The notes below the pieces were generated by a model. That model was given only the letters and a program-made list of their open reading frames with translations. It did not search any database and was not told the origin of the DNA. The position numbers and the translations under genes are program-made. 54,348 bases of DNA from Paraglaciecola psychrophila. GTDB taxonomy: Bacteria; Pseudomonadota; Gammaproteobacteria; Pseudomonadales; Dasaniaceae. Numbering within the stretch: position 1 is the first letter of the stretch; each line of letters starts with the position of its first letter. Below, one piece after another: positions 20,202 to 31,195 of this stretch. The stretch spans positions 1 to 54,348 of the forward strand of contig JBLHLU010000001.1 of the NCBI GenBank assembly GCA_047623385.1. Reading direction: 5' to 3'.

Positions 20202-20864
20202 CTAATTCACCGTGGTATTGATAGTGAGTATGTGACCCAGTGTCGCGATCAGCTGATCGCCGCTATGCAGTGGCCCAACGCCCGCCGGCGTGCCGGTGAG
20301 CACAACATCACCGGGTAGCAGAGTAAATACGGCGCTAATTTCCCGCAGCAGGGTATTGATGGGGAACAACATATCACGGCTATTTCCGGTCTGTTGCAGT
20401 TGGCCGTTGCGCTGCAGCGACAGCTCCATAGCCTGCAGATCATGACCGCTCACCGGGACGAAGTTAGACAGTGGGCAGGAACCGTCAAAGGCCTTGGCCC
20501 GCTCCCAGGGCTGGCCCTTGGACTTCAGGCTATCTTGCAAATCTCGGAGGGTTAGATCCAGCGCCAAACCGACTGCCACCACCGCCGCTGCTATCTCGTC
20601 ATCATTAGACGCTGCGCTGAGCCGGTGGCCTATCAGCAGCGCCATTTCCAATTCGTGGTGGCACTGTCCGCCTTCGCTGGGCAAGGTGATGGTACCGGCC
20701 ATCGCCACCGCCGCAGTGGCCGGCTTAATAAACAACAATGGCTGTTGTGGTATCGGATTATTGAGCTCCCGCGCATGTGCAGCATAGTTGCGCCCAACGC
20801 AGACAATCTTACCAAGCTGCACCGGCGCCTCGATACTGGCAGTCAACTGATGACTATAATCCAC
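20202..20864 (-). CDS. Fumarylacetoacetate hydrolase family protein (YcgM/FAHD1-like)
   Basis: KIVCVGRNYAAH, HHELE, DLTLRD, WERAKAFD and GDVVLTGTPAGVG. Confidence 0.92.
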   Translation of the reverse strand: MDYSHQLTASIEAPVQLGKIVCVGRNYAAHARELNNPIPQQPLLFIKPATAAVAMAGTITLPSEGGQCHHELEMALLIGHRLSAASNDDEIAAAVVAVGLALDLTLRDLQDSLKSKGQPWERAKAFDGSCPLSNFVPVSGHDLQAMELSLQRNGQLQQTGNSRDMLFPINTLLREISAVFTLLPGDVVLTGTPAGVGPLHSGDQLIATLGHILTINTTVN

Positions 20865-20877
20865 CGCAAAAACCTCC

Positions 20878-22311
20878 CTATGGCTGGGTCATATCCAATA
20901 CTTTGCCCGGATTCATCAACCCACGAGGGTCAAACACTTGCTTTAACTGCTTCATTAGCGCGATTTCTTCGGGGCTGCGCGAGTAACTCAGGTAGTCCCG
21001 CTTTAGTAGGCCGACGCCGTGCTCGGCGGACACACTGCCACGGTAGCGCTGCACAATTTCAAAAACCCAGCGACTGACCTCGCTGCACTGGGCAAAAAAC
21101 TGTGCTTGATCCAGGTTCTCCGGCTTTAGAATATTCAGGTGCACATTGCCGTCGCCGATATGACCGAACCAAATAATCTCAAAATCCGGATAGTGTTTTT
21201 CCACCACCGCTTCGACTTCTTGCAAAAACCCGGGTACCTGTGAAATTACCGTGGATAAGTCGTTTTTATAGGGCGTCCACTGGGAAATAGTCTCGGAGAT
21301 ATCTTCGCGCAGGCGCCACAGATTTTTCAACTGTTCCAGCGACTGACTTATCACCCCGTCAATCACCCAACCCTGCTCCAGGCACAATTCAAACAGCGAC
21401 ATCGCCAGCGCTTCGGTCTCGGCGTTGGCATTTTCAAATTCCAGTAGCGCATAGTAGGGCGCCTCGGTGGCAAAGGGTCGCTGCAGCTCTTTTTCTGCTA
21501 CCACCTTTTGCAAGGCCTGCTCAGAAAAGAACTCAAAAGCGGTCAAGTCCATCTTGCCCTGAAAGCTGTTTAACACTTCCATAATGGCGGAAAACTCCGG
21601 CACCCCCAACACCAGTACCGTTAGGTTATTGGGCTGGCGGGTCAGTTGCATAGTGGCCCCCACCACAAAGCCGAGGGTACCCTCGGCTCCGATAAACAAC
21701 TGCCGCATATCGTAACCGGCATTGTTTTTTAGCAGCCCGCGATTGAGCTCGAGTATTTCGCCACTGCCGGTGACCACCGTCAACCCCGCCACCCAATCCC
21801 GGGTCATACCGTATTTAATGACCTTAATGCCGCCGGCGTTGGTACTGATATTGCCGCCAATTTGACTGGAACCACTGGAGGAAAAGTCGACCGGGTAATA
21901 AAGGTCCTGCTGCTCGGCAAAATCCTGCAACTGGGCGGTGATAACGCCAGCGCCACAATGCACGGTGCGATCGGTAGCACTGAAGTCACTGATTTTATTG
22001 ATGCGATCCATAGCCACTACCAGCTCGCCGTTAATGGCCACGGCGCCGCCTGACAAACCGGTACGACCGCCGGAGGGCACCAGTGCAAATCCTTCGGCGA
22101 TAGCCAGTTTAACAATTTGCTGCACTTCTAACACCGTCGCTGGCAATGCGATAGCAGCAGCCTTGGGCTCATAGGCCCGCGTCCAGTCGCGTCCGTACTG
22201 CAACAGCGAGGCCTCGTCCAACAGCACATAAGCGGCGCCGACGATATCGCGCAACTGCTCAATACTGTGTGCAGATAATGATAATGGGGCGGACAATTGC
22301 GACTTGCTCAT
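20878..22311 (-). CDS. FAD-binding oxidoreductase, probable D-2-hydroxyglutarate dehydrogenase
   Basis: PSGGRTGLSGGA, IGGNISTNAGG, FGHIGDGNVH and SAEHGVG. Divergent from serA, as for Pseudomonas D2HGDH. Confidence 0.85.
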   Translation of the reverse strand: MSKSQLSAPLSLSAHSIEQLRDIVGAAYVLLDEASLLQYGRDWTRAYEPKAAAIALPATVLEVQQIVKLAIAEGFALVPSGGRTGLSGGAVAINGELVVAMDRINKISDFSATDRTVHCGAGVITAQLQDFAEQQDLYYPVDFSSSGSSQIGGNISTNAGGIKVIKYGMTRDWVAGLTVVTGSGEILELNRGLLKNNAGYDMRQLFIGAEGTLGFVVGATMQLTRQPNNLTVLVLGVPEFSAIMEVLNSFQGKMDLTAFEFFSEQALQKVVAEKELQRPFATEAPYYALLEFENANAETEALAMSLFELCLEQGWVIDGVISQSLEQLKNLWRLREDISETISQWTPYKNDLSTVISQVPGFLQEVEAVVEKHYPDFEIIWFGHIGDGNVHLNILKPENLDQAQFFAQCSEVSRWVFEIVQRYRGSVSAEHGVGLLKRDYLSYSRSPEEIALMKQLKQVFDPRGLMNPGKVLDMTQP

Positions 22312-22484
22312 AGCAGGGTTACCTTGGCTGTAGCGATAAACGACTGACCGGCGCTAGCTGGCCGATTGTTGATTGAGCGCTAGCGAAATAAGGCGGCTAT
22401 GATACCATACGCGCCTTTCCACGCCAGCTACCGCGCTACCATCGGCTATTGTCACTACGCGCCAACGTCAGGAGCACTGCCAAT

Positions 22485-23714
22485 ATGAGTAAAACATCAC
22501 TCGATAAAAGCAAGATCAAATTTTTACTGTTAGAGGGTGTGCACCCCTCGGCCATTGATACGCTCAAGGCGGCGGGCTATTCCAATATTGTCAGCCATCC
22601 CAAGGCACTGCCTGAAACACAGTTAAAAGCCGAGATCGCCGACGCCCATTTTGTCGGCATTCGCTCGCGCAGCCAGCTAACCGATGAGGTATTGTCTAGC
22701 GCCGGCAAGCTCATCGCCATTGGCTGTTTTTGCATCGGCACTAATCAGGTCGATCTGCAGGCGGCGACTGAGCGCGGCATCGTGGTCTTCAACGCGCCCT
22801 TCTCCAATACCCGCAGCGTTGCTGAATTGGTTATCGCCGAGGCGATTTTGCTGCTGCGCGGCGTGGCTGAAAAAAATGCACTAGCCCATCGCGGCGTCTG
22901 GCAAAAGTCTGCCAGCGGCTCCTTCGAAATTCGCGGTAAAACCCTAGGGCTGATTGGCTACGGCAGTATTGGAATGCAGTTGGGAGTCATCGCCGAGTCA
23001 CTGGGTATGCAGGTATTGTTTTACGATGTGGTTAACAAACTACCCATAGGCAATGCCAGCCAAGTGGGCAGCCTCAGTGAATTACTGCGTGGCGCCGATA
23101 TCATCAGCCTGCACGTACCGGAGACCAATGCCACCAAAGATATGATTGGCGCTGCGGAACTGGCGCTGGTAAAAAAGGGCGCGATCTTGATCAACGCCTC
23201 CCGCGGCACCGTCATCGATATTGATGCACTGGCCGCAGCGCTGCAATCAAAGCAGCTCTCCGGCGCCGCCATCGATGTATTTCCGGTAGAGCCTCGCTCC
23301 AATGACGACGAGTTCATCTCGCCGCTAAGAGCCTTCGACAATGTTTTTCTAACCCCCCATGTCGGTGGCAGCACCATGGAGGCACAAGAAAATATCGGTT
23401 TGGAAGTGGCGGAGAAATTAGCGCGCTACAGTGACAACGGTACCTCCACCTCTTCGGTCAATTTTCCCGAAGTGGCGCTGCCCGCGCACACTGATATGCA
23501 TCGATTGTTGCACATTCACCGCAATATCCCTGGCGTATTATCGGCAATCAACCAAATCCTCTCCGACAATAAAATCAATATTCGCGCCCAGTATTTGCAG
23601 ACCAATGAAAAAACTGGCTACGTAGTTATCGATATCGATGCAGAGTACAGCGAGTTGGCCCTCAAGCGCTTAAGTGAAGTCGACGGTACCATTCGCTGTC
23701 GCGTATTGTTCTAA
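22485..23714 (+). CDS. serA: D-3-phosphoglycerate dehydrogenase
   Basis: MSKTSLDKSKIKFLLLEGVH, FCIGTNQVDL, NTRSVAEL, TPHVGGST and a C-terminal ACT domain. Confidence 0.97.
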   Translation: MSKTSLDKSKIKFLLLEGVHPSAIDTLKAAGYSNIVSHPKALPETQLKAEIADAHFVGIRSRSQLTDEVLSSAGKLIAIGCFCIGTNQVDLQAATERGIVVFNAPFSNTRSVAELVIAEAILLLRGVAEKNALAHRGVWQKSASGSFEIRGKTLGLIGYGSIGMQLGVIAESLGMQVLFYDVVNKLPIGNASQVGSLSELLRGADIISLHVPETNATKDMIGAAELALVKKGAILINASRGTVIDIDALAAALQSKQLSGAAIDVFPVEPRSNDDEFISPLRAFDNVFLTPHVGGSTMEAQENIGLEVAEKLARYSDNGTSTSSVNFPEVALPAHTDMHRLLHIHRNIPGVLSAINQILSDNKINIRAQYLQTNEKTGYVVIDIDAEYSELALKRLSEVDGTIRCRVLF

Positions 23715-24097
23715 TCGCGCCTATCCGCTACCACTGTGCAGCTTGGGTTTAACCCGACCAAGCGCATCGCAAAGGCGTTGCCTAATTGAGTGTTACGCGG
23801 CGCTGCGGCGCCAAGTAAGACCCGTTATAGCGATGGAAAATAGCAGGTTTTTCTAGTCGCTATTAAGTCCTGTTATTGCCACCGCGCTGTGGCTCATAGT
23901 CAAAGCATCACGAAACTATTATTTCTAATCGCTGATATAGCTGCTGGCCATTGCCGCTTGTCTGCTGTGCAGTGTTTGCTTGTTCAATTTAGCGCTGCGA
24001 GATTTAACCCTCTCTACCGCTGCCAGCAGTCACTCGCTGTTCTTATGGTGGCGGTGTTATTAGCGTTTGTTGCCGGCTGCGAACAGCCCGGGGCACT

Positions 24098-24196
24098 GGC
24101 TTTCTCGGCTTTCTAGGTATTGTAGGTGTTGCAGATGTTGCAGATGTTGCAGATGTTGCAGATGTTGCAGATGTTGCAGGAATTGTAGGTATTGCG
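24098..24196. repeat. 9-bp tandem repeat, 11 units, with five perfect GATGTTGCA units at 24134-24178
   Basis: GGCTTTCTC GGCTTTCTA GGTATTGTA GGTGTTGCA (GATGTTGCA)x5 GGAATTGTA GGTATTGCG. Confidence 0.92.
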
Positions 24197-24417
24197 CTGC
24201 CAATTGTTGCGGTCGTTTGACTGGGACTGGACCCGCGCTGGCAATAATATTCACCCGCAACCGGGTGCAGCGGTGTTGCCGTCGAATGCTGTTAACAGGA
24301 GCTATTCAACAACCGATACCGCAGGCTGCTAGGACTAGGTGTTGAGCGTGATCAAGCCGCCTAAGCGACCATTAACTGACCGCCGGCAGAGACAGCGGCT
24401 AGCCAAGTTCTTCACTG

Positions 24418-25389
24418 TTATTCTGGGTCGGCGCCAGCAACCCTCTCCACAACCCCCAGATAATCATCGATCAGCGCGCTGACTTGGCCGCGAATATCGG
24501 CGCGCTCGTTGACCAGCTGGTGCTTAGCACCCGCCAATAGATGAATACTGGCATCGGGAAAAAGCTGTTGATACAGCGGCATATTTTTTTTCCAGTCAAC
24601 GGTGTCATCGTTGTCGCCCTGAATAATCAGCGGCGCAGCGGCACTCGCCGGTAACTGGCGGATGTGTGCGATCCACCGCGCCAGCGCCCCGACCCACTCA
24701 AGAGGCAAATGATCAGCTTGCAGCGGGTCGGCGCTGCGTAGAAATTCTAGAAACTCGCCATCGTGTGAGTTGTCGCTAAAGCCCCGGGGGATTTTGTCGA
24801 TCAGCCGGTGCAGTAATTTGTAGGCTAACAGCGACGTTTTCCAGCGCACCGGATACAGCAGCGGCGCCAGCAATACCAGCCGTTCAAACACCGACTCGGC
24901 AGTGGCGAGTTGATACTCGGCTAGAATAGCTCCACCGGTACTCTGCGCCAGCCCTAACCAAGGGCCCGCGGCCCGCGGCTGAACATAGTTGAGTACCGCC
25001 GCCAGCACCTGCTGGTAATCAGAAAAATCGCCAATGCTGGCACGACGACCGCTGGATAAGCCGTGACCCGGTAAGTCGAACACCACCACCGAATACCCGC
25101 GAGACAAACAGTAGTCAAGCAAGTGCCTGAAGAGACCGCTGTGATCGTAATAGCCGTGCACAATAATAGCACTGCCTTGGGCACCGGCCAGATCATAGAA
25201 GTGGCTGGCAATTTGGTACTGGCCAGCGCAGATCGCCCCGAAGTAGTGCTCGACATCCCGGTAGCGGTGCTCGAAGTCAATGCGGTAGTAGCTACAGTAG
25301 CTGTGCTCGAGGCTACCAGAGACTATCGGCACCGTCAGGTCTAACGGAGTGAGCACCGTGGGCAAATGCGGTGCTTCAGCCTCGGTCAC
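24418..25389 (-). CDS. Alpha/beta hydrolase (lysophospholipase-like)
   Basis: VHGYYDH, FDLPGHGLS, nucleophile elbow AQSTGG, QGDNDDTVD and a terminal His in AKHQL. Confidence 0.88.
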   Translation of the reverse strand: MTEAEAPHLPTVLTPLDLTVPIVSGSLEHSYCSYYRIDFEHRYRDVEHYFGAICAGQYQIASHFYDLAGAQGSAIIVHGYYDHSGLFRHLLDYCLSRGYSVVVFDLPGHGLSSGRRASIGDFSDYQQVLAAVLNYVQPRAAGPWLGLAQSTGGAILAEYQLATAESVFERLVLLAPLLYPVRWKTSLLAYKLLHRLIDKIPRGFSDNSHDGEFLEFLRSADPLQADHLPLEWVGALARWIAHIRQLPASAAAPLIIQGDNDDTVDWKKNMPLYQQLFPDASIHLLAGAKHQLVNERADIRGQVSALIDDYLGVVERVAGADPE

Positions 25390-25396
25390 AAAAAAA

Positions 25397-26461
25397 CTAG
25401 CGGATGTTCGCTACGAGCTCACCGGTCTCGTAGCGCTGAGCCATGGTCTCTAGGCTAATCGGCTTGATCTTGCTGGCCTGACCCTCGGCACCAAAGGCCT
25501 GATAGCGAGCCATACACAGCGCCTTCATTTCGTTGGTGGTCTCCTGAAAAAATTTGCGCGGGTCAAATTCCGACTTATTGAGCGCCAAAAAGCGACGTAC
25601 CGCACCGGTAGAGACCAACCGCAGATCGGTATCGATATTCACCTTGCGCACGCCGTGTTTAATACCTTCAACAATTTGTTCGACCGGCACGCCATAAGTC
25701 TCGGGGATTTCACCGCCGTATTCATTGATGATCGCCAGCCACTCCTGGGGTACTGAAGAGGAACCGTGCATAACCAAATGGGTATCGGGGATGCGCTGGT
25801 GAATCGCCTTAATGCGGTCGATGTCGAGAATATCGCCGGTCGGTGGGCGCGAGAACTTATAGGCGCCGTGGCTAGTACCGCAGGCAATAGCGAGGGCATC
25901 GACTTGGGTTTTGCTGACAAAATCAGCAGCTTCTTCTGGGTCAGTGAGCAGTTGCTCCGGTGACAGTGTACCCTCGGCGCCAACCCCGTCTTCCTCACCG
26001 GCTTGGCCGGTCTCCAGCGAACCTAAACAGCCCAACTCGCCCTCTACTGACACACCGCAGGCATGGGCCATAGCCACCGCCCGCTGCGTCACATCAACAT
26101 TGTATTCGTAGCTAGCCGGGGTTTTGCCGTTTTCACGCAGCGAACCGTCCATCATCACCGAGGAAAACCCCAGCTGAATAGAGCGCTGACAGATAGTCGG
26201 GCTGGTACCGTGATCTTGATGCATAACCACAGGGATATCGGGGAACTCTTCGATCGCCGCCAGAATCAGATGGCGCAGAAAAGGCGCACCCGCGTATTTG
26301 CGAGCACCGGCGGACGCCTGCATGATGACCGGACTGTTACAGGCTTGGGCCGCTTCCATAATCGCCCGGGTTTGCTCCAAATTATTGACATTGAAAGCCG
26401 GTACCCCGTAGCTAAATTCCGCGGCGTGGTCGAGCATTTGACGCATTGAAATAAGTGCCAT
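25397..26461 (-). CDS. fba: Fructose-bisphosphate aldolase class II
   Basis: [38 protein letters not shown] and KVNIDTD. AAGGA SD before ATG 26461. Confidence 0.97.
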   Translation of the reverse strand: MALISMRQMLDHAAEFSYGVPAFNVNNLEQTRAIMEAAQACNSPVIMQASAGARKYAGAPFLRHLILAAIEEFPDIPVVMHQDHGTSPTICQRSIQLGFSSVMMDGSLRENGKTPASYEYNVDVTQRAVAMAHACGVSVEGELGCLGSLETGQAGEEDGVGAEGTLSPEQLLTDPEEAADFVSKTQVDALAIACGTSHGAYKFSRPPTGDILDIDRIKAIHQRIPDTHLVMHGSSSVPQEWLAIINEYGGEIPETYGVPVEQIVEGIKHGVRKVNIDTDLRLVSTGAVRRFLALNKSEFDPRKFFQETTNEMKALCMARYQAFGAEGQASKIKPISLETMAQRYETGELVANIR

Positions 26462-26622
26462 GATATTGTCCTTTCCCATTGTAGGAGTACGCCGGATCGG
26501 AAATAGATCACAATCCGGGCAACTATTATCGCCATTATTTCGCTAGATTTACAGCTAAAAAAAGGCAGTCGTTAGGTGATTTCACCCATCAATTGTTATC
26601 GCAAAATACTGCGGTGTTCCTT

Positions 26623-27792
26623 TTATTCTTGCGCGCGCTGTTCCAACATCGCCATCGCCGGCAGCACTTTTCCTTCAACATACTCTAAAAAAGCGCCGCC
26701 GCCGGTGGAGATATAAGAAATTTTATCGGCTATACCATATTTGTCAATCGCCGCCAGAGTATCGCCACCACCGGCAATCGAAAAGGCCTCGCTGTCAGCG
26801 ATGGCGCGGCTCAGCAGTTCCGTACCGGCGCCAAATTGATCGAACTCAAAGACCCCAACTGGGCCGTTCCACAAAATAGTTTTGGCGTTTTTTATAATCG
26901 CCGCCATCGCCTCGGCGGAGGTCGGGCCGATATCAAAAATCATATCCTGCGCACCGACCTCCGCGGCCAATTTTAAACTGGCCGCAGCCTGTTCAGAAAA
27001 CTCGGTAGCGGTAACCACATCGCTGGGCAGTGGAATAGCGGTGCTGGCCATTAGCGCCCGAGCCTGCTCTAACAGACCCATTTCGCAGAGCGATTTACCC
27101 ACTGGATTGCCCGCCGCCGCTAAAAAGGTATTGGCAATGCCACCGCCCACAATCAGCTGATCGACTAGCGTCGACAACGATTCCAGCACGGTCAGTTTAG
27201 TCGACACCTTAGAGCCACCGACAATCGCCACCATCGGCCTAGCCGGATTGGCCAGCGCCTTGGACAGCGCTTCTAACTCGCCGACCAGCAGCGGGCCGGC
27301 ACAGGCCAGCGGCGCAAAACGCGCAACCCCGTGGGTTGAGGCCTGGGCGCGGTGCGCGGTGCCAAAAGCATCCATTACAAACACATCGCACAGCTGCGCA
27401 TAGGCTTTGGCCAGGGCCTCATCGTCAGACTTTTCACCGCTGTTAAAACGCACATTTTCCAGCAATACCAGCTCTCCTGGCGCCACCTCGACGCCGCCGC
27501 GCCACTCGGAGACTAGCGGCACCGGGCGATCAAGTAACTGTTGAAGACGCTGAGCCACTGGCGCCAGCGAATAGGCCTGCTCGAACTGACCCTCGCTGGG
27601 GCGGCCCAAATGCGACATCAATAGCACTCGCGCACCGGCGGCTAAAGCCGCTTTAATGGTTGGCAGCGCTGCGCGAATACGGGCGTCGCTGCTGACCTGG
27701 CCATCTTTAATGGGCACGTTGAGATCTTCTCGAATCAACACCCTTTTACCCGACAAATCCAAGTCGGCCATGCGTATAACAGTGGAGCTCAT
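26623..27792 (-). CDS. pgk: Phosphoglycerate kinase
   Basis: [28 protein letters not shown] and STGGGAFLE. Confidence 0.97.
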   Translation of the reverse strand: MSSTVIRMADLDLSGKRVLIREDLNVPIKDGQVSSDARIRAALPTIKAALAAGARVLLMSHLGRPSEGQFEQAYSLAPVAQRLQQLLDRPVPLVSEWRGGVEVAPGELVLLENVRFNSGEKSDDEALAKAYAQLCDVFVMDAFGTAHRAQASTHGVARFAPLACAGPLLVGELEALSKALANPARPMVAIVGGSKVSTKLTVLESLSTLVDQLIVGGGIANTFLAAAGNPVGKSLCEMGLLEQARALMASTAIPLPSDVVTATEFSEQAAASLKLAAEVGAQDMIFDIGPTSAEAMAAIIKNAKTILWNGPVGVFEFDQFGAGTELLSRAIADSEAFSIAGGGDTLAAIDKYGIADKISYISTGGGAFLEYVEGKVLPAMAMLEQRAQE

Positions 27793-27865
27793 GGTATTTC
27801 CCTAGACCGACCAGCGCCGGCCACAACTATCCATAATTGACTAGTGAAGTAAGCAGTGGCTCACA

Positions 27866-29863
27866 TTACCCGATGGCGTCTTCGACCGCGTCCACAACAT
27901 TGTCGACGGTGAAACCAAAGTGCTCCATTAAGTCGGCAATAGGCGCTGACTCACCGAAGGTTTCCATACCGACGATACGACCGTCAAGACCGACATATTT
28001 GTACCAGAAATCGCGGTGACCAGCCTCGACAGCTACTCGCGCCAAAATATGGCTGGGCAGTACCGACTCTTTATAACCGGCATCTTGAGCATCAAAAACA
28101 CTGGTAGAGGGCATCGAAACCACCCGAATGTTGCGACCCTGACCGCGCAGTGTAGCCGCCGCATCCATCGCCAAACCCACCTCTGAGCCGGTGGCAATAA
28201 TAATGGCATCCATCTCGCCGGCGCAGTCGCTGAGAACATAGCCGCCCCGGGCAATGTCTGCTACCTGCTGCGGGTCCCGATCCTGGTGAGCCAGACCTTG
28301 GCGGGAGAAAATCAGTGCCGCCGGGCCCTCGCTGCGTTCCAGCGCCGCCTTCCAGCAAACCGCCGACTCGACTGCGTCACAGGGGCGCCAAGTGTCAAGA
28401 TTAGGTGTTGAACGCAGCGCCGTCAGCTGCTCTACCGGTTGGTGGGTGGGGCCGTCTTCGCCGAGACCGATGGAGTCGTGGGTGTAGACAAAAATGACCC
28501 GCTGCTGCATCAGTGCCGCCATCCGCACCGCATTACGGGCATATTCCATAAACATTAGGAAGGTAGCGCCGTAGGGCACAAAACCGCCGTGCAGAGCGAT
28601 ACCGTTCATCATTGCCGACATCGCAAATTCACGCACCCCGTAGTGTATATAGTTACCGCTGGCATCACTGGCGGTAACCGGCTGTGAGCCAGACCACAAG
28701 GTTAGGTTGGATCCGGCCAGGTCGGCACTGCCGCCGAGTAATTCCGGTAGCAGTGGACCAAAGGCGTTGAGATCGTTTTGTGAGGCTTTGCGCGAGGCAA
28801 TACTGGCACCCGCTTGCTGGCGCGCGCTGATATATTCATCGGCTTGAGCAGCAAAATCTGCGGGTAGGTCACCGCTCATACGCCGGGCCAGTTCTACCGC
28901 CAGATCCGGGTGGGCCTCGGCATAGCTGTCAAAACGTGTATTCCACTCCCGTTCCAGACTGGCGCCACGGTCCTTAGCACTCCAGCCAGCATAGACATCA
29001 CTGGGCACAAAAAAGGGCGGGTGCGGCCAACCAATAGTTTCCCGTACCAGTGCTACTTCGTCGACCCCTAGGGCGGCACCGTGGCAATCTTCTTTACCCT
29101 GTTTGTTAGGCGAGCCCTTGCCGATAATGGTCTTGCAGCAAATCATAGTGGGGCGCTCGCGATCGGCGCGACCCGCTTCGATGGCCGCGCCGATGGCCGC
29201 GGCGTCGTGGCCGTCGACCGCAGGTATTACCTGCCAACCGTAGGCTTCAAAGCGCTTGGGAGTGTCGTCGGTAAACCAGCCCTCTACTTCACCATCGATA
29301 GAGATACCGTTGTCGTCGTAAAAACAAATCAGCTTGCCGAGGCCAAGAGTGCCCGCCAGTGAGCAAACTTCGTGGGAAATACCTTCCATCAAACAACCGT
29401 CGCCAAGAAAAGTGTAGGTGTAGTGGTCGACAATCGCATGGCCGTCGCGGTTGAACTGCGCCGCCAAAATTTTCTCCGCCAGCGCCATGCCCGCAGCGTT
29501 GGTAATACCCTGACCCAGTGGCCCGGTAGTCGTTTCAATGCCCGGCGCATAACCGTACTCAGGGTGGCCCGGGGTTTTCGAGCCCATCTTGCGGAAATTT
29601 TGCAGCTCTTCCATCGGCAGCTCGTAACCGCTCAGGTGCAACAGTGAGTAAATCAGCATCGAGCCGTGGCCGTTAGACAGTACAAAGCGATCGCGATCTG
29701 CCCAGTTGGGGTTAGCGGGGTTGTGTTGCAAATAATCATTCCACAACACTTCGGCAATATCAGCCATTCCCATGGGTGCACCGGGATGGCCGGAATTGGC
29801 TGCTTGCACGGCGTCCATACTGAGTGCGCGGATGGCGTTAGCTAATTCGCTACGAGAGGGCAT
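27866..29863 (-). CDS. tkt: Transketolase
   Basis: [33 protein letters not shown] and [14 protein letters not shown]. Confidence 0.97.
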   Translation of the reverse strand: MPSRSELANAIRALSMDAVQAANSGHPGAPMGMADIAEVLWNDYLQHNPANPNWADRDRFVLSNGHGSMLIYSLLHLSGYELPMEELQNFRKMGSKTPGHPEYGYAPGIETTTGPLGQGITNAAGMALAEKILAAQFNRDGHAIVDHYTYTFLGDGCLMEGISHEVCSLAGTLGLGKLICFYDDNGISIDGEVEGWFTDDTPKRFEAYGWQVIPAVDGHDAAAIGAAIEAGRADRERPTMICCKTIIGKGSPNKQGKEDCHGAALGVDEVALVRETIGWPHPPFFVPSDVYAGWSAKDRGASLEREWNTRFDSYAEAHPDLAVELARRMSGDLPADFAAQADEYISARQQAGASIASRKASQNDLNAFGPLLPELLGGSADLAGSNLTLWSGSQPVTASDASGNYIHYGVREFAMSAMMNGIALHGGFVPYGATFLMFMEYARNAVRMAALMQQRVIFVYTHDSIGLGEDGPTHQPVEQLTALRSTPNLDTWRPCDAVESAVCWKAALERSEGPAALIFSRQGLAHQDRDPQQVADIARGGYVLSDCAGEMDAIIIATGSEVGLAMDAAATLRGQGRNIRVVSMPSTSVFDAQDAGYKESVLPSHILARVAVEAGHRDFWYKYVGLDGRIVGMETFGESAPIADLMEHFGFTVDNVVDAVEDAIG

Positions 29864-30063
29864 TGAGAAACTCCTGAAGAGGGATAATGAAAAACGGCTA
29901 TTTTCGCCTTTCTCGCTCGGTCAAGCAATTGCCGAAGCCAAATAAACCCCCTCAAATCGCTCAAAACCTCGGTGGCAACCCGCCTACAGTGGCAAATGAC
30001 AAGGTTTTGCAGCTCCCTCGCCTACACAACAACGATAGCTAACAGCCCTGCCCGATTGAAAAA

Positions 30064-30087
30064 CTATATCGAAATATTTTGATATAG
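30064..30087. promoter_or_regulatory. Palindromic operator, probable SahR binding site
   Basis: CTATATCGAAATATTTTGATATAG is a near-perfect inverted repeat. It overlaps the -35 of sahR and resembles the ATATCAA...TTGATAT-type SahR motif. Confidence 0.75.
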
Positions 30088-30107
30088 ATTCATAGTGCTG
30101 CTAGAAT
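30079..30107 (+). promoter_or_regulatory. Sigma70 promoter of the sahR-metK-ahcY-metF operon
   Basis: TTGATA (30079-30084), 17-nt spacer, TAGAAT (30102-30107), with an extended -10 TG at 30099-30100. Confidence 0.65.
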
Positions 30108-30114
30108 ACGCGCT

Positions 30115-31170
30115 ATGAATGCACTGACCGTCTCCAGCACCGATGCCACGGCACCGAACCCAGTCGACCTACTAGCCGTTTGCAAGGCCTATGCCGACCA
30201 GTTGCGATTAGATATCTTGCAGGTACTGAGCCGAGATTCTTTTGGCGTGCAGGAGCTGTGCAGTATTTTCGACAGTAAACAGTCGGGCATGAGTCACCAT
30301 CTAAAAATTCTTGCCAGTGCCTCGCTGGTTGTCAGTCGCCGCGAGGGCAACTCTATTTTCTACCGTCGCGCCTACCACAGCGCCAGCGACGGCGCTATTG
30401 ATGCGGTCCACCAAACACTGCATCGGGCGATCGACCTGCGGCCCCTAGCAGCGAGTGTTCGGCTGCGGGTAGCAGCGGTTCAAGAACAGCGCGCAGCCCG
30501 CTCTCAGGCGTTTTTTAATGACCATGCCGGCACCTTTCGGGCCCAGCAAGAACAAGTAGCTGATTACACACTGTACGGTCCGCAGACCGCGCTATTGTTA
30601 AACCGGCTGTTCAGTAGTTCCAAAAAAGGCGCCACTGCGCTGGAGCTAGGCCCCGGCGAAGGCGCCTTTCTGGGAGAGCTAGCAGCGCGCTTTGAGCAGG
30701 TTATCGCGCTAGATAATTCGGCGCAAATGCTGGAACAGGCGCGCCAGTGCGCGGCATCTCAAGCACTGCAAAACATCCATTTTATCCACGGTGACACCAA
30801 AAACGAGGCGCTGCACAGCGCCGATGTAGACTGCGTGGTGATCAATATGGTGCTACACCATATCCCCTCACCGGCTGAGATATTCACCGATATCAATGGC
30901 CTGTTAAAACCCGGCGGTGCGCTTATCGTTACTGACCTGTGCAATCACGACCAGACCTGGGTCAGCGAGTCCTGTGGCGATGTCTGGCTGGGTTTTGCGC
31001 CGGAGGATTTAAGCCAGTGGGCAGAGGACGCCGGATTCAGTGCTGGCGAAGCTGTTTATTTAGCGCAGCGCAATGGGTTTCGGGTACAGATCAGACAATT
31101 CACTAAAGTCGCGCAACCGGGCAGCAGCCTACATGCATCGCAACTTTCCCCTACGGCCACCGCCGACTAG
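30115..31170 (+). CDS. sahR: ArsR-family HTH + SAM-dependent methyltransferase-domain regulator (SahR)
   Basis: N-terminal ArsR HTH ([11 protein letters not shown]...[10 protein letters not shown]), C-terminal ELGPGEG and NMVLHH. Lies directly upstream of metK-ahcY-metF. Confidence 0.85.
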   Translation: MNALTVSSTDATAPNPVDLLAVCKAYADQLRLDILQVLSRDSFGVQELCSIFDSKQSGMSHHLKILASASLVVSRREGNSIFYRRAYHSASDGAIDAVHQTLHRAIDLRPLAASVRLRVAAVQEQRAARSQAFFNDHAGTFRAQQEQVADYTLYGPQTALLLNRLFSSSKKGATALELGPGEGAFLGELAARFEQVIALDNSAQMLEQARQCAASQALQNIHFIHGDTKNEALHSADVDCVVINMVLHHIPSPAEIFTDINGLLKPGGALIVTDLCNHDQTWVSESCGDVWLGFAPEDLSQWAEDAGFSAGEAVYLAQRNGFRVQIRQFTKVAQPGSSLHASQLSPTATAD

Positions 31171-31195
31171 GGTACTAAGGAGAGGAAAAGCACCT

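Noticed and set aside
24098-24196. Possible CRISPR array
   Set aside because: Contiguous 9-bp units with no spacers and no cas genes.
24060-24345. ORFs with CRC repeats (24067-24345 +) and LQH repeats (24060-24260 -), superficially metallothionein-like or His-rich
   Set aside because: Both are translations of the 9-bp DNA repeat. They have weak starts, no SD and no recognisable flanking protein sequence.
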